Assembly (NCBI GenBank): GCA_030704615.1
Contig: CM060732.1
Span: 53,258,001 to 53,322,000 of the forward strand
Direction: 5' to 3'
Length of the DNA stretch: 64,000 bases
Origin: Takakia lepidozioides
Taxonomy: Eukaryota; Plantae; Bryophyta
Shown here: in pieces, positions 1 through 12,549 of the stretch
How the letters are laid out: each line of letters begins with the position of its first letter
How positions within the stretch are numbered: the stretch's first letter is position 1
Translations under genes and position numbers: made by a program
The notes under the pieces: generated by a model
What the model was told of the DNA's origin: nothing
Databases searched by the model: none
The model's input: the letters and a program-made list of their open reading frames with translations, nothing else

Positions 1-1484
1 AGTGACATGAGTGCCAACTTTTATGAGTAATTATGGATGAAAGTAGATTTCACAATTGACAAATGAGAAGCCATTATGCAACGAGCTGCTTGTTAATCTA
101 GGGAGGGAAACAATAAAACCCTCAAGAAAGTCAACTGGTTTTCTTAATTTCTTGGCTGAGGAGACTTTTCCAGTTCTTGAAATTGGGCAACTTCATTGTC
201 CCGGTTACGACTCTTACAAGGTGTCCACCATCAAAACAAAAAGCACTAGCCAAGGGTTGGGGGCAAGATTGGGTGTTTCAATATGAACGTCATCGGGCAG
301 TTTTTCAATGATTGTGCATCATGTTATCTATTCAAAATAATTCGTATTTGTCTTAAAACCATCATTTGTAAAAAATTATGCAATGTTTCAACGGGTGAAA
401 ATAATTTGAGAATTTATCAATTTTTGACCGAGCTATGGACTTTTTTATATACAAAAAACTCCGTGTTTTTCACTAGTCCATAGCATATTGTTTTTTGGGG
501 TATCATCTTTTACTAAAAAGATATTATACAAACCTGTGATCTAGGATGGCAGGCTAGATGGTATATGGATAAATGGTTGTAAACTCTTAGTTTTGACGTC
601 TATAATATTTTTCAAATTAAAGATTAAAATTTTAGTAAATAATATATATAATTTTTGGGGTGGAACCCTTTACTAAAGATGTTAAGTATACTAGGGTAGA
701 GGTATTCTTCATGGCGCAAGAAAATGGGTAAATATAATAATTTTTTGTGCTTTTAACCTATGAGATCATGTAATACCTTAACAGAAAGCTCTTAAGATAA
801 GACAACTTTTCTTAGTTGAAAGTTAAACGAGATTCTGACTTTATCTGCCATTAAAAGTGGATAGAAGTAGCGGATGTCAATGTGAGCATGTGGCGCACCT
901 TATTCCTATCATGACTCATTCATATCTCATTCATATCTTTTCTACCCGAGATGGTAACCAAAATTAAAAACCAAAAATACCATTGGAAAGTGCTTAAAGT
1001 GGCCATCTTTTTGTAGTTGGAGCAAATTTCATGAGAGGACATCTTCCTATAGCAATTTAAGGGTAAAACAAGTGCCCCATCATGGCATACAAGATATATT
1101 GCTCGTTTGGTACCTTGGACTTTAACCATTTTAACCATTTTAAGAAATAAAGATATCATTGGAAAGCTCTTGATGAGCCCCAACATTTTGTAGTTGGAAC
1201 AATTTTCAGTAAAGTTCATCTACCTTGGATAATTTGAGTGTAAAGTGATGGATTAAATGGTGTATTGTAGTTCATTCATCTTTGGGTAAGCTTTCTGGCC
1301 TATCATGGCGCACCCCACCGTGACACGTTCCAAAAATGGGCATACTTTCTTGCATATGGGCGTACTTTTGAGCGCCACTATGGGGCACATGTGCCATGAA
1401 CAATGCTTCTACCCTATTATCTAGTTTCCTAAAACACAAATTGAGAATACATATTTAAAAAAAAATCATGGACTTTCATGGACT

Positions 1485-1802
1485 TGTCAAGTTAAATTAA
1501 ACATAGTGTGAAAATAACTAGAATAAATCTAGTTACTTATATTTAACACTTGGAATTAATTCAAGTGTTAAACCAGATATCAAGATCTAAACTTGATATC
1601 TGAAAGATCTTATTTCTCTCTCGTCGATCGTGCAGCTCATCTCTCTTGAGTTGAGCCTACACGACCGCGAGTGCACCGATGAGAGTAGGATGTTGTGGGG
1701 TGGAGTCCCCATAGCTTGGGGTGTCCTTGGCTCGACCCGTTTTAATGAGTGATTATATTTTGTGTCTGTTTGTCATGATAGTGTGAGTTTAGTTTTCAAT
1801 CA
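1485..1802 (+). mobile_element. Solo-LTR-like multi-hairpin dispersed repeat (copy 1; homolog of 60216-60570)
   Basis: Starts TGTCAAGTTAAA and ends ..ATCA. Colinear with 60216-60570 and shares five hairpins with it. No TSD seen. Confidence 0.6.
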
Positions 1803-4800
1803 TTGTGGCATACTGGTTTATGTGTATGTATGTGTTATGTGGTTTGGACAACGATGTAGTTGTGTAGCGATATGTATGCGCACGACAAACGTTATTATCT
1901 CCTATTTTTGAGACACCCTTGCACTTATCTCCTTTGGGATGAAGTCGTGTATATATATATATATAACGTCTGAAGTTAGCATAAGTAAGATCCTCTTCCC
2001 TATATGGGTAGTGCTCCCTTTTGGGAATGGGCTCTAGAACAACAACATAATAATAAATTAGTGGTTAGTTGGCCACTTTCTATTCTACGTGAATTAAAGA
2101 TGATACCTGTAAGAGATTTAATTATATCTACAAAGTGGAGATTGTGAAGGAACCTTCGATGCCCAATGCCATGGTTTGACTTTTTTTTAAAGTAGGATAT
2201 CTATAGTAAAACATAATGTAATTTTTATCAAATTAACTTTTTTTTAAACTTGACCGCACATTATCATGTGTATCAACCTGCCAATTTCCAGGGAAATCAA
2301 CCCCAAATTTAGAAAACACCACCGTCAAATATGGGGCCTATTATTAGGGCCATTGGACAAGAAACATAAGATTTCTTGGCAATGTTTTGAAAATTTGAGT
2401 GATGGGATGAACTTAAATTGAGGCCGTGAGATCAATATGGTTTCATTCCTTTGGTATCCCTAATCCAACAAACCAAAAACAGTCCAATTTGGCCAACGCA
2501 TCTGGTGCTATCACTTGGTCAAACCTGGGCAAATCCCCTCACAATGACCTTCACACACACGTGTGAAGATCTTAGAATGAAAACGACAGAATTACCTTCA
2601 TCAAAAGTTGACCCCTTTGCTTGCGTGATGAGACAACTTTGCTGTAACTTGAAATTATCCTAGCGGTCCAGGACACGGGCCATTCTATGGCACCTATTTC
2701 ATAAAATTGAAGCACATCTGAAAAAATATATTACATTTTAATAGGCCACATGAAACCCATTTTTGGCCTGGTGGATGTTTGAAAATTAATGGTTGCAGTG
2801 TGTGGTCTTTTCAGGGTTTGTTGTAGGCTAGCATTGTTGTGCCATGAACCCCACCTCCAACTTTAGCAGTGATAATGGTCAATGGCTCATATGTCAGCCA
2901 TACATTCGAAGAGCTTGAATGAGTGGCTTATATTTTGCGACGTATTGATTGGTCTGGAAGGCGTAAATTCAATGATATGAATTCAAAGAGATGGGCATGG
3001 TCATGCGGGCGGTGGGGAGGACATTGGGAGGCCCTTGACCAGTAATATATCCGATACAGTCGCGCCAGTCATATACATTGGTAGGATAGGCATGTATAGG
3101 GGAAAAACTATAAGTTGTGTTTGCTTCAACAAAGGTCTTCATTCATTTTCTTTTTGCGACACTCACAATATCCAAAAACAAATTTACTTGTAGTGGTATT
3201 TTCCTCATAGTCGCTTTTATGCCAAATTGTGTTTTTAAGTCGCAAAATAAATGCTTGTAACAACGTTTTTTTTCATTTTAAAAAATCGTTGGCGGGTCCA
3301 CTTGTGAACTCTACATAACATCCATGTGACAAAAAAACTAGATATTGATTCGAAATTCCTAAACCCTAAACCCTAAACTGTTTGGGTAGTTTGGGCAGTT
3401 TCAACATAAAATGACAACTATGACGTGCTTGACAAAAATGATACTAGTTCTTTCGGGGGTAGTTTGGGCAGCTTAAAAAATGATGACCATGGTGTGGCAC
3501 TATGGCAACCTATTCCTGCTCTAAACTAAACTAAACTAGTCTATGACCTTTAGTTGTCACTAGAATATCATAATCAGTGGCATGACCGCGAATAGCACGG
3601 GTATATATATATAGTGAGGTGCAAAATGAAAGTAACCAATCCAATTATCAAGTGGGCATTCAAATAACCGAGCAAAAACCCTTTTAAAGAACTGCCCAAT
3701 ACTCGATGAAAATCGCCAGTTATGTAAGGTTTTTGCAAGTAATCAGAACCACATTATATATCTAGCCGTATAAAATTTAATAACCATCCAATAGTAGTAT
3801 AGGCTAGAGTGTAGAACCTAAAAGCCATAAGCACATGTAGCTAAACAAGTGCAATATAGTATGACCATGCAAACTACAAATGTTTGGGATACATTAAAAT
3901 AGTAAGTGGAGTAGAGTTTGAATCTTGGTATTTGTATATTAACATAATTAAAACAAGTAATTTACTCAAAAATATAAAAAGAATTTTGGTTCTTAGTGCG
4001 AAAAATGTTCTCCATCTCATTTTCTCAATGCAGTATTGTGCACTCACAATGTTGTTTTTCTTTTCCTCTCTCTCTCCTCATCCCCCAAGTTCTTACTAAT
4101 TTAGTGGCGTAAGTGGAGTACTTCAAAGACTTTATCGACGTTCTTCTTTTCATTGCACAAGCTTATTTTTAGCGTATGGGTGCACTCCATATCCAAGAAT
4201 ATTCTTAGTAGTAGATCAAGGAGCTTGACAAAGGTTATTGACCTGGTGGAGTATTCAAAATGTGCTCTTCCTCTTCTAAGTAGAGAGGCTTATTTTTAGT
4301 GCGTAGCTGGACTCGAATACTCTCCTTACGCAACAAATTAATGAGCTTCATTATGGAGCTAAAAGTTATGGGGTTGTATGTTGCAAGGTTATTGATTTTA
4401 ACATGGTTGCACAAATGGACGTGATGTGGTGTTGGCACTTCCGCGTCACATCCAAAACAGACGTTATTTCATGATTTTTTTAAAATTTATGTTTGACTTT
4501 TATTGGCTATCTTGTATGGAGAGACTTTGCGGAGACGTGCAAGTCGATGTTGAAAATGTGGTCAAAGTACCTTGCACCGTGTCAAGGTGCTGATTGGTGT
4601 GTTGTGCTGAGTCATGCTCTCTAGTCTTAGCTTCCTCTTATGTTGTGCCAAAGCAAAGCAAGAGAGCGAGTTGGTGTTTGAGGCTTGTTACTAAAATTTT
4701 ATCATAGATATCGAGGTGGCAGCGTAGCTGGTACATCGTTGACTGCACACAAGCATCTAACTTTTACAATAAGAATTATATTTATTTATATTATTTCTAA

Positions 4801-4819
4801 AAAATTAACAATTTAACTC

Positions 4820-5945
4820 CAACCGCCCGAAATTTGGTTGTTGTGGTTTTTACTATTTTTTAGTTACATCAGGTGAATATTCAGCATTTTATCATTAGCT
4901 ATAACACCAGGTTTTTTTTTTCAAAAACTTATTATGACCGTAAATTCAGGAAGTCTCACCAATTCTAAAAAAAAAAAAACTTACATGTGACCGCAAAAAT
5001 TTGCCGTAAGACCGATTTCTAAGAAGATAAACAAATAAAATATTTTTTGTTTTTCTTTTAAATGAAATTTTGCACGACTGTCAATTCTGGCAGTCGAACC
5101 AATTTTTGAGAAAAGTTAGAAACAATTTTGACTGCCAATTTTGGCATTTACACCTATTAAAAAAATACGAAATTATGTACAACTGCCAAAGTTGGCAATT
5201 GCATTAGTTATTAGAAATAAAATATATATATTTAAAAATCGAATAAATATTAAAATAAAATAATTGATTGCGTTCACCAAATCTCGTAGTCGCTCCAATT
5301 TAGAAAATTACAAATTTACATTCGACCGCCAGAATTGGCGGTCATACATATATGTTTAAAATTTTTTGCATGCCATCGCCGAAACTCAGTGGTGGTACGG
5401 ATGTTTTTAAAGAAAGATACATGCAACTGCCGAAATTCAGCTCCTGCACGTTTTTAAGAAAACAAATTTACAAGCAACCGCCAAAATTCGGTGTCGCACA
5501 TTCTTTAAAAAAAAATTGCACAACCGCCCAAAATAATATTTGCTTGGGCGGTCGTACGTATTATTTCAAAAAATTTGCATAGGACTGATGAATTTTGACA
5601 GTCGCACCCCAAATTCTGGCTGTCGTACATATACTTTTAAAAAATAATTATGAACAACCACCAATAGTGACGGTCGTAACTATTTTTTAAATTTTAAATT
5701 AGTTATGACTGCTAATATTTGGCATTCGCTGCTATTTTTTTAAGTTTTATTTAGCTACGACTGCAAGTATTTCCAGTCGTTGTTACTACGCCAATGTGTT
5801 TGTCAAAGCGACGTGATTGCTGATGTGACGGTTTCTTTAATATATATTTATTATTATCCTCTGAAAATGGATGTGACAAAGATCGTGTCAACGTCAATTC
5901 CTACGCGATGCGACGTGATGTGACGGACGTGGCGTATGCAAGGGA
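4820..5945. repeat. Degenerate array of palindromic CGACCGCC-N5/6-GGCGGTCG units with AT-rich spacers (same family as 56349-57409)
   Basis: About 15 decayed units, e.g. cgactgtcaattctggcagtcg and cgaccgccagaattggcggtca. Followed by gcgacgtgattgct..gtgacg and gacggacgtgg motifs that also follow the 56-57 kb array. Confidence 0.7.
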
Positions 5946-7081
5946 TTTGTTTGGTTTGAGGTAGTTGATAGAGTATGCGTATCATGTCATATCATTTGAT
6001 AACCATAACAATTCGATTGGTGGACACTTTGGTTTTCAGAGAACTAATGGTCAATCCAAAAGTATTACTTTTGGCCAAGTATGAAGAAAGATATTAACAC
6101 CTTAACCCCCAATTTTTCATCCATCTGCAGCTTCCACAGATGAAGTCGGATGAAGTCGCGGCTTGAACGAAAAATGTAGCGCTTAAAATCCTGCACACGA
6201 TGGTCTTCATGGCGCCCCATCGAGAGAATCTCCGCCAAGTGCAGAATTTTGGGTGGAGGGGGACGGGGTGTTTGGCCGTTGGCGTGGCAGGGCCGTGCGG
6301 CCACGCGGGGGCCGCACGTGGGATATTGCGGCGGGGGCCATGCAGGGGTGATGAGGCACGGGCTGCATGCGCACCCTCCACTCCAGAACGGTTCAAATGA
6401 GGTGGCCCTGGCAAATATTGGGAAGCCTCGACGTGGCCTGGAAAACGTCGTCGGATTAAGGCAAAAATCCGGCGAGCAATTGCTTGACATGGAGGAGGCC
6501 GGAAATTTCACAAAAAATCAAACATCCCAAATGGAATTTTGGGAATTTTTGGGAATTTCTTGGGCAAGCTTGTGTAGTTCTTGGCCTATGAGGGACTGAC
6601 TGTTGGAATTCCCAATTGGATCAAATTTTGGGGTCCCAATGGGACCTCTACCATTTCCTTTGCAAATTTTCTTTTTTGACCCCCATTTTAGTCACACACA
6701 AAGCACCCCCCCCTAAAGTTTGGCAGATTTGGGTGAAATTTGGTGTGAGGGTTTCGGATGCAGCACTTCACTAGAATATAGCACTTTTTCTCCCAAAAAA
6801 TTTTGGAACATGGATTTTTTGCTTGGTCAAACATGAAGTTTTCCTTTGTTTTTTCCATTTTCCAAAAAATATACCATTTTCAATTGTTATAATCTCCCAA
6901 ACTATACGGTGGAGTCTCCCCAAATTTGGCCAAAGTTGTGCATCTGGTAGGTATGAGTGAGTTTGTACGGTTCATATACGTGGATGAACGTTGGTAAGCA
7001 GGTACACACTAACATGTGAGGGTGGGTCCCGGATTTGTCCAAAAATAGAAAAGCTGCTCTCATCGCTTAGGGGTTAAGGAA

Positions 7082-7657
7082 GCCGCTCATTGTTTAATAA
7101 TAGGGTCATGAATGCATGGGCAGGCCCCGCCAGTATGACCCTTGGGGTGTGCTCATAAGCCCATTGCCCGGCCATTCACCGGGTCGGCGAGATTCTGAAA
7201 TTTTTCTAAGTCCTTGTTAATCTACAGTGGCGGACCTTCTAGCAGACTGGGCAGACCTCCAACAGACCGACTCCAACCTTCTAGCAGACCCTCCAGACCG
7301 ACGAGCGGACTGGCAGCTCTCCAGCAGACCAGCAGACCCTTCCACAAAATATATATTTAATAACACACATTACTGCCACGGTACAACAAAACAAGATTTG
7401 ATCACCACACCTCGTGTTTATCATTCATTGCTCTTAACCACAACACTACTCGCCACTTTCTACAAACCTAAGCAATAATTAATGCTTTATGTGCATATTG
7501 TAGGCCCCAGCACACCAGCTTGCCGGGTAGACCCAACAAGCAGACTTGCGGGGATTGGCCGGGTCCGGTAGGGGCGCTCCCACCCTCCGCCACACGCGGG
7601 CCCCGCCGCAGCCACATGTGCGGGCATTCATGACCCTATTATTGTTAAATGAGAAGC
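7082..7657 (+). mobile_element. Mutator-like MITE
   Basis: Imperfect ~35-bp TIRs (gc.kctcatt....aataatagggtcatgaatgc). Perfect 9-bp TSD GTTAAGGAA at 7073-7081 and 7658-7666. Confidence 0.85.
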
Positions 7658-8009
7658 GTTAAGGAATATGTGGAGAAGTGTTTGTCTTGCCACTCATATG
7701 TGATATTGATTCTAAATTCATAAATCACTTTTAGATTGACGTTCAAGAACTCACGAACTAAGTTGAGATTGAACACAACCTTTCATCCTCAAACAAATGC
7801 CCAAAGAGAGAGAACCAATCCTATGATTGGGGATATGTTGGACTCCTATGTTGGTGAGAGATAATCTTCTTAGGAGCAATATATGTACATGGTGAAATTT
7901 GCTTACAATAAGCATTTCCATAGTGCCATTTGGATGAGTCCTTTTTAGGCACTCTATGGTCGTGTCTGATTGGGTCCTACTTATTTGATTTCACCTCCAT
8001 CCAAGGTAC

Positions 8010-8593
8010 AGGTCTCATTTAACAATAATAGGGTCATGAATGCCCACACATGTGGCTGCGGCGGGCCCGCGTGTGGCCCCACCAATATGCTTGTTGGGTG
8101 TGCCTGGCAAGCTGGACTACTGGCCCACAATACATACATAACACATTAGTTATTGCTAGAATTTGTAGAAAGTGGTGAGTAGTGTGGTGGTTAAGAACAA
8201 TGAATGATACACATGAGGTGTAGTGTACAAATCTCATTATGTAACGTGTGTTTTAGATATATATTTTGTCGAAGGGTCGGTCGGTCTGCTGGAGGGTCCA
8301 AGCTGGTCTGTTGGAGGGGGGTCTACTTGGAGGGTCTGCCCAGTCCGCTAGAAGGTCCGCCACGGTAGATTAACAAGGACTTAGAAAAATTTATCGTCCA
8401 AGCTGGTCTGTTGGAGGGGGGTCTACTTGGAGGGTCTGCCCAGTCCGCTAGAAGGTCCGCCACGGTAGATTAACAAGGACTTAGAAAAATTTATCGCTGA
8501 CCCAGTGAATGGGCGGTGGGCTTATGAGCTCAGCCCAAGGGTCGGCGGGGCCCGCCCGTGCATTCATGACCCTATTATTAAACAATGAGAGGC
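8010..8593 (-). mobile_element. Second, inverted copy of the same Mutator-like MITE, with an internal ~100-bp tandem duplication (8297-8496)
   Basis: Reverse-complement similarity to 7082-7657 along its length and the same TIRs. No TSD found. Confidence 0.8.
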
Positions 8594-9248
8594 ATTACTG
8601 ATAGGCACAAATTATATATAATATTTTGAGGACATTCTTGTAATAAGAGGTGAAGTCCTCCTCTTCCACTTCCCCGGAGTTTGACAAAACTGATATCAAC
8701 TAGAAGATGTCAGGCCTCCACGAAAACAAGGCTCTCCTATCTTAGATAGATCTGATGCTTCATTAACGCATTCATTAGCTTCTCAAGATCCCCAGGACTC
8801 TATTTCAGAGTTCATTAGTTCTCTGGTCTTTTCAGACTAAGGTTAAGATATTAGTATGGTACTCATGAACCTTGGCTTTGCTCTAGGCTGAATTATGCGG
8901 TTAGGCCTTATGGCGGCCTTGTGCCAATCAGGGTTTTAATTTTTTCCCTCAATAATTCGTAATAAAACTTCTCCAGGGCCACTGTCCCCTGTAATAAAAA
9001 AAGAAAAAAAAAAGAGAGGTGTACATATATTTTGGATTAACATGACTTTATGTATGATCCCTTCATGGATGATTATTATCCAGATTGTAACATCCAACCG
9101 TATGCCAGCCATATATCGCAAATCTGATTCCAACATTATATGCAATTGACAATAAACATCTTACCCAGGAGGTACTAATTGAACAATGTCTAGGTGACCG
9201 GCAAAGCAATGTAAACTCCATAAACTCAATTACTCAATAAACTCAACT

Positions 9249-9568
9249 CCGTACTTACCTAGCTTATTAGGCACTTCCACGCCTAATAATTAATAAAAAA
9301 TGGAATATTATTAGGCAGATTCGTTTTTATTATTTAGGCACCTCACCTAGGTAATTTCCAAACATTAGGCATGTATTATAGTCGACCCTATTGTTGAGGT
9401 AATTTTCTTTTAAGAAATACATATTGGTTTCAAAAATAGAATTCGAGCAATTAGGCACTTCTCAGGAAAATTTTCCAAGTTTTAGGCACATTTTCTAGAA
9501 ATGGTTCTAAATTTAATTAGGCACTTGATTTTGAATTAATTATTGCCTAATAAGCTAGGTAAGTACAG
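9249..9568. mobile_element. MITE, possibly Tc1/mariner-type
   Basis: Perfect 23-bp TIR gtacttacctagcttattaggca / tgcctaataagctaggtaagtac with internal taggca repeats. TA is present on the right flank only. Confidence 0.7.
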
Positions 9569-12549
9569 TATGCCCCATAGCCTTCATGTCTCAACAGGCT
9601 ACACCAGGCCTACCTCACACCGCTACCTATAGCTAGTTGAATATGAGAACGGTGTGTATTAGGTAGGTGCGGCTAGTTAATCTAACATCAGGGTAGCCTC
9701 AAGACTCAACATGCGCTCTTTGAAAAACTCAAATATTTGGTGTCACACTCTACTAACTACTAACGCGCTCTTGACTTTTCCAAATCACAAAATTTATATT
9801 AAATTTATAAATTAATATAATTACTAACATGCGACCGGAGTCCGGATATAGCCGGTCATGTTAGGTCGTCGGGAAACTGGAGACAACGTGCAGCACAGGG
9901 AACACCGACTCGCAGCGCTCCCGCGTTCTCACGGTCGGGATGCAGGCTCTGTGGCCGTCTCCCTCAGCGTTCCAGGTCTTTCGAAGACTTTGGTGCTGCA
10001 GTGTGGAAAATTACAAGGCCATCCTTTGAATCATGTAGTGGGGCTCCACCGAAGTCTCCGTGATCTATCAATCCAAGTTGTTCAGGTCATATATATATAC
10101 CAGTTGCTCCATGTCATCTTCCAGCTCCGCGGCTAGGATCAGCAGCTTGGTGGACAGCCAGTTGACATACCATTGTTTGAGATGTTGCTCTGCAATGTGA
10201 TCGGATCACTTAAACTCTGCAGTCACGGAGCAAGTGTCTTCAATATGTAGTTTTCTGTTATGCCGGCTCGTGAATTGTTGCCTGTTGCGAGCAATTTTAC
10301 TCGTAACTGCTTGGTGGCTGCAACTTCCACATCATGCAGGATATTTCAGAAGAAAGTGCAGATCTCAATTGTGAAGTGTTGATGAAATTGGGTCGTGCTA
10401 GACGATGTTACGAAATGACTTTCCGCACAATAAGAGAATAATTACAGTTTGCTTGCATTTTTTTCTCTCAAGCATCGGGCATGGTTAGCAAGTATGAGTG
10501 TCTTACGTTCCAGCGATTCAATAAGTATGGCCCCATGGATAATGGTGGGTCATGGCTGGCAGTCAATGCAGGAGCTGCGGAGTCCTAGCGTATGTATCAG
10601 TGCTGTATGATTGGGCGAAAGAGTGCTTACCTTGCCTCTCTAATTGATGAGAAATCTCCAGCCATAGAGCCTTGAGGAAATCTGCGTAGTAATATATAAC
10701 AAACATTAATGAATCCCTTAGGCGGTACTAGTACCTACGCATATGGGTTTTTGAGCTGGATGATGCAAATTAAGACTCTTTTCTTCTCCCCGTCGCGCAG
10801 TCGGCACACAGGAACGAGTTGGTGGGAAATCTCTCCAGGCTTAGAACTTAGTTCTTCAAATCACATGAAATGTGAGAGTTTCGCAATCTGGTGCCAGGGA
10901 TTGTAGGACGCGGCTCTATGATTGTATCTTGATGGAAATGGTTGCACCTCCATAGTCGTAGGCACCTGATCGATGAGCATAGCGCATATTCGGAGTCCTA
11001 GCAACCTTCCCTCAGGGAAACATTGAGGAAACATTCTCACATAACAGAATGGTCAACGATATGCTCCGAGATATTCTAGAATATATTATCCGCATGCTAC
11101 ATTAAGACAATGTGACACGAAGATTCTTAGGATACTTGTTTGGAATACAATCCTACTCCCCACCCTGCAGAGAGTCTATTATATACGTGTAATAGTGTAT
11201 ACTTGTCTAGGGAATCTCAAAACCCAAAACCCACTACTATACAAGTGATGTGCTCTGCATGCCTTGGCAAGATAAAACTAAGCTCTAAGCTCTAGAGCCT
11301 AGAGCTATGCTTTTGTCATGGGCTTGATGACAGACAAGAAAGTACCCTAGGGATTTGCCGACCTACTCGACCGACTAGTCGGCCTTTATGCCTGAAATGC
11401 AATACATGCGGACTTTAACTCGAACGACGGCATCAACCATAGCTCTCTTACACCTATGATTGTCAAGATTGAAGATTGGGCTGTGTTCAGGGTTTACGGT
11501 TTTAGGCCTTACTCGGGTTGTGTCACAAAAGAAGACCGCCCCAAGATGTCATGTTTTAGTGCAAAATGCCTAGAAAAACAGTCTTCTGTATCGATAAGGA
11601 AATCTGTTTCGACTAGAAACCTGAAATACCCCTGCAATCATAACATCGAGAAAAGAAGACTCTATTGTGACAACGCAGATTAGCGTACTGCAGCTTATCG
11701 TTAGCTAATTGATAATCAGCACGTAACTAGCTGATGCTGTAAGTGAGATTAAGCACTGGACTGTAATGGATTGCATCCATATGTTCCAATGTCATGGAGC
11801 CCCCCGGCCTATCCTATCACTCCAGTATTGAATCATTTAATATCACTTTAGCAAAAATCATTGCATGGCGACGAGACTGGAAGGAGAGGAGTAACGGACA
11901 TGGCGTCTTTTTGCAGCTTAGCGATACTTCCTTCCTCATCAAGGCTCTCACCCTGCCACTGCCTACCCCTTGCATCTACTCACGCAGCTACAAGCTTGTC
12001 TGCAAAGACGTCCCTGCAAACACTCCCAGGTTTGTTTGTTGGGCACGCATTGATTACATAGACTTGGACGGCCGTGAAAGTTTCAGGTTGACTTGGGAAT
12101 TCAAACATGGCCAACTGTTTGTGCTCACTTCCTTCCGTCGGAGCTTTGAGTGCAAAAACATTTAGAACTATGTAGAGGTGTGGAGTGTCTGGAGGTTGCA
12201 ACTTGAGCCATGATGCATGTGAAGGTAATGTTGAGCAGATGCGGACAGCGAGGAGCAGGGGCGACTGCCCAAAACCATCGGTCGCCGAGTTGTCCTGTGG
12301 AGCGGATCGGTGGCAGCATTTGCATCCACTTTTGGTAGTGGGAATGTTGCACTGGCTGATGTAAAAATTGCGCTGTCCAATATTCAGGCTGCACCTGTCC
12401 CATGCCCTGGTAAGCTTGAAGCACATTTGTGGAAAAAATACAATGTGTGAAGTCTTTGGTGAAGAATCCTGCGCTTGAAACTGAAATTCCTTGCGTTGGA
12501 ATTGTTCATCACTCGATCAGAGAATTTCGGGGAGGTATTCTATGAGATA

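Noticed and set aside
3358-3378. Telomeric CCCTAAA repeats (also ~17913)
   Set aside because: Only 2-3 units; such interstitial telo-box-type sequences are common.
11794-12426. Several 100-150 aa ORFs (also 21146-21517)
   Set aside because: No recognisable motifs or convincing splice structure.
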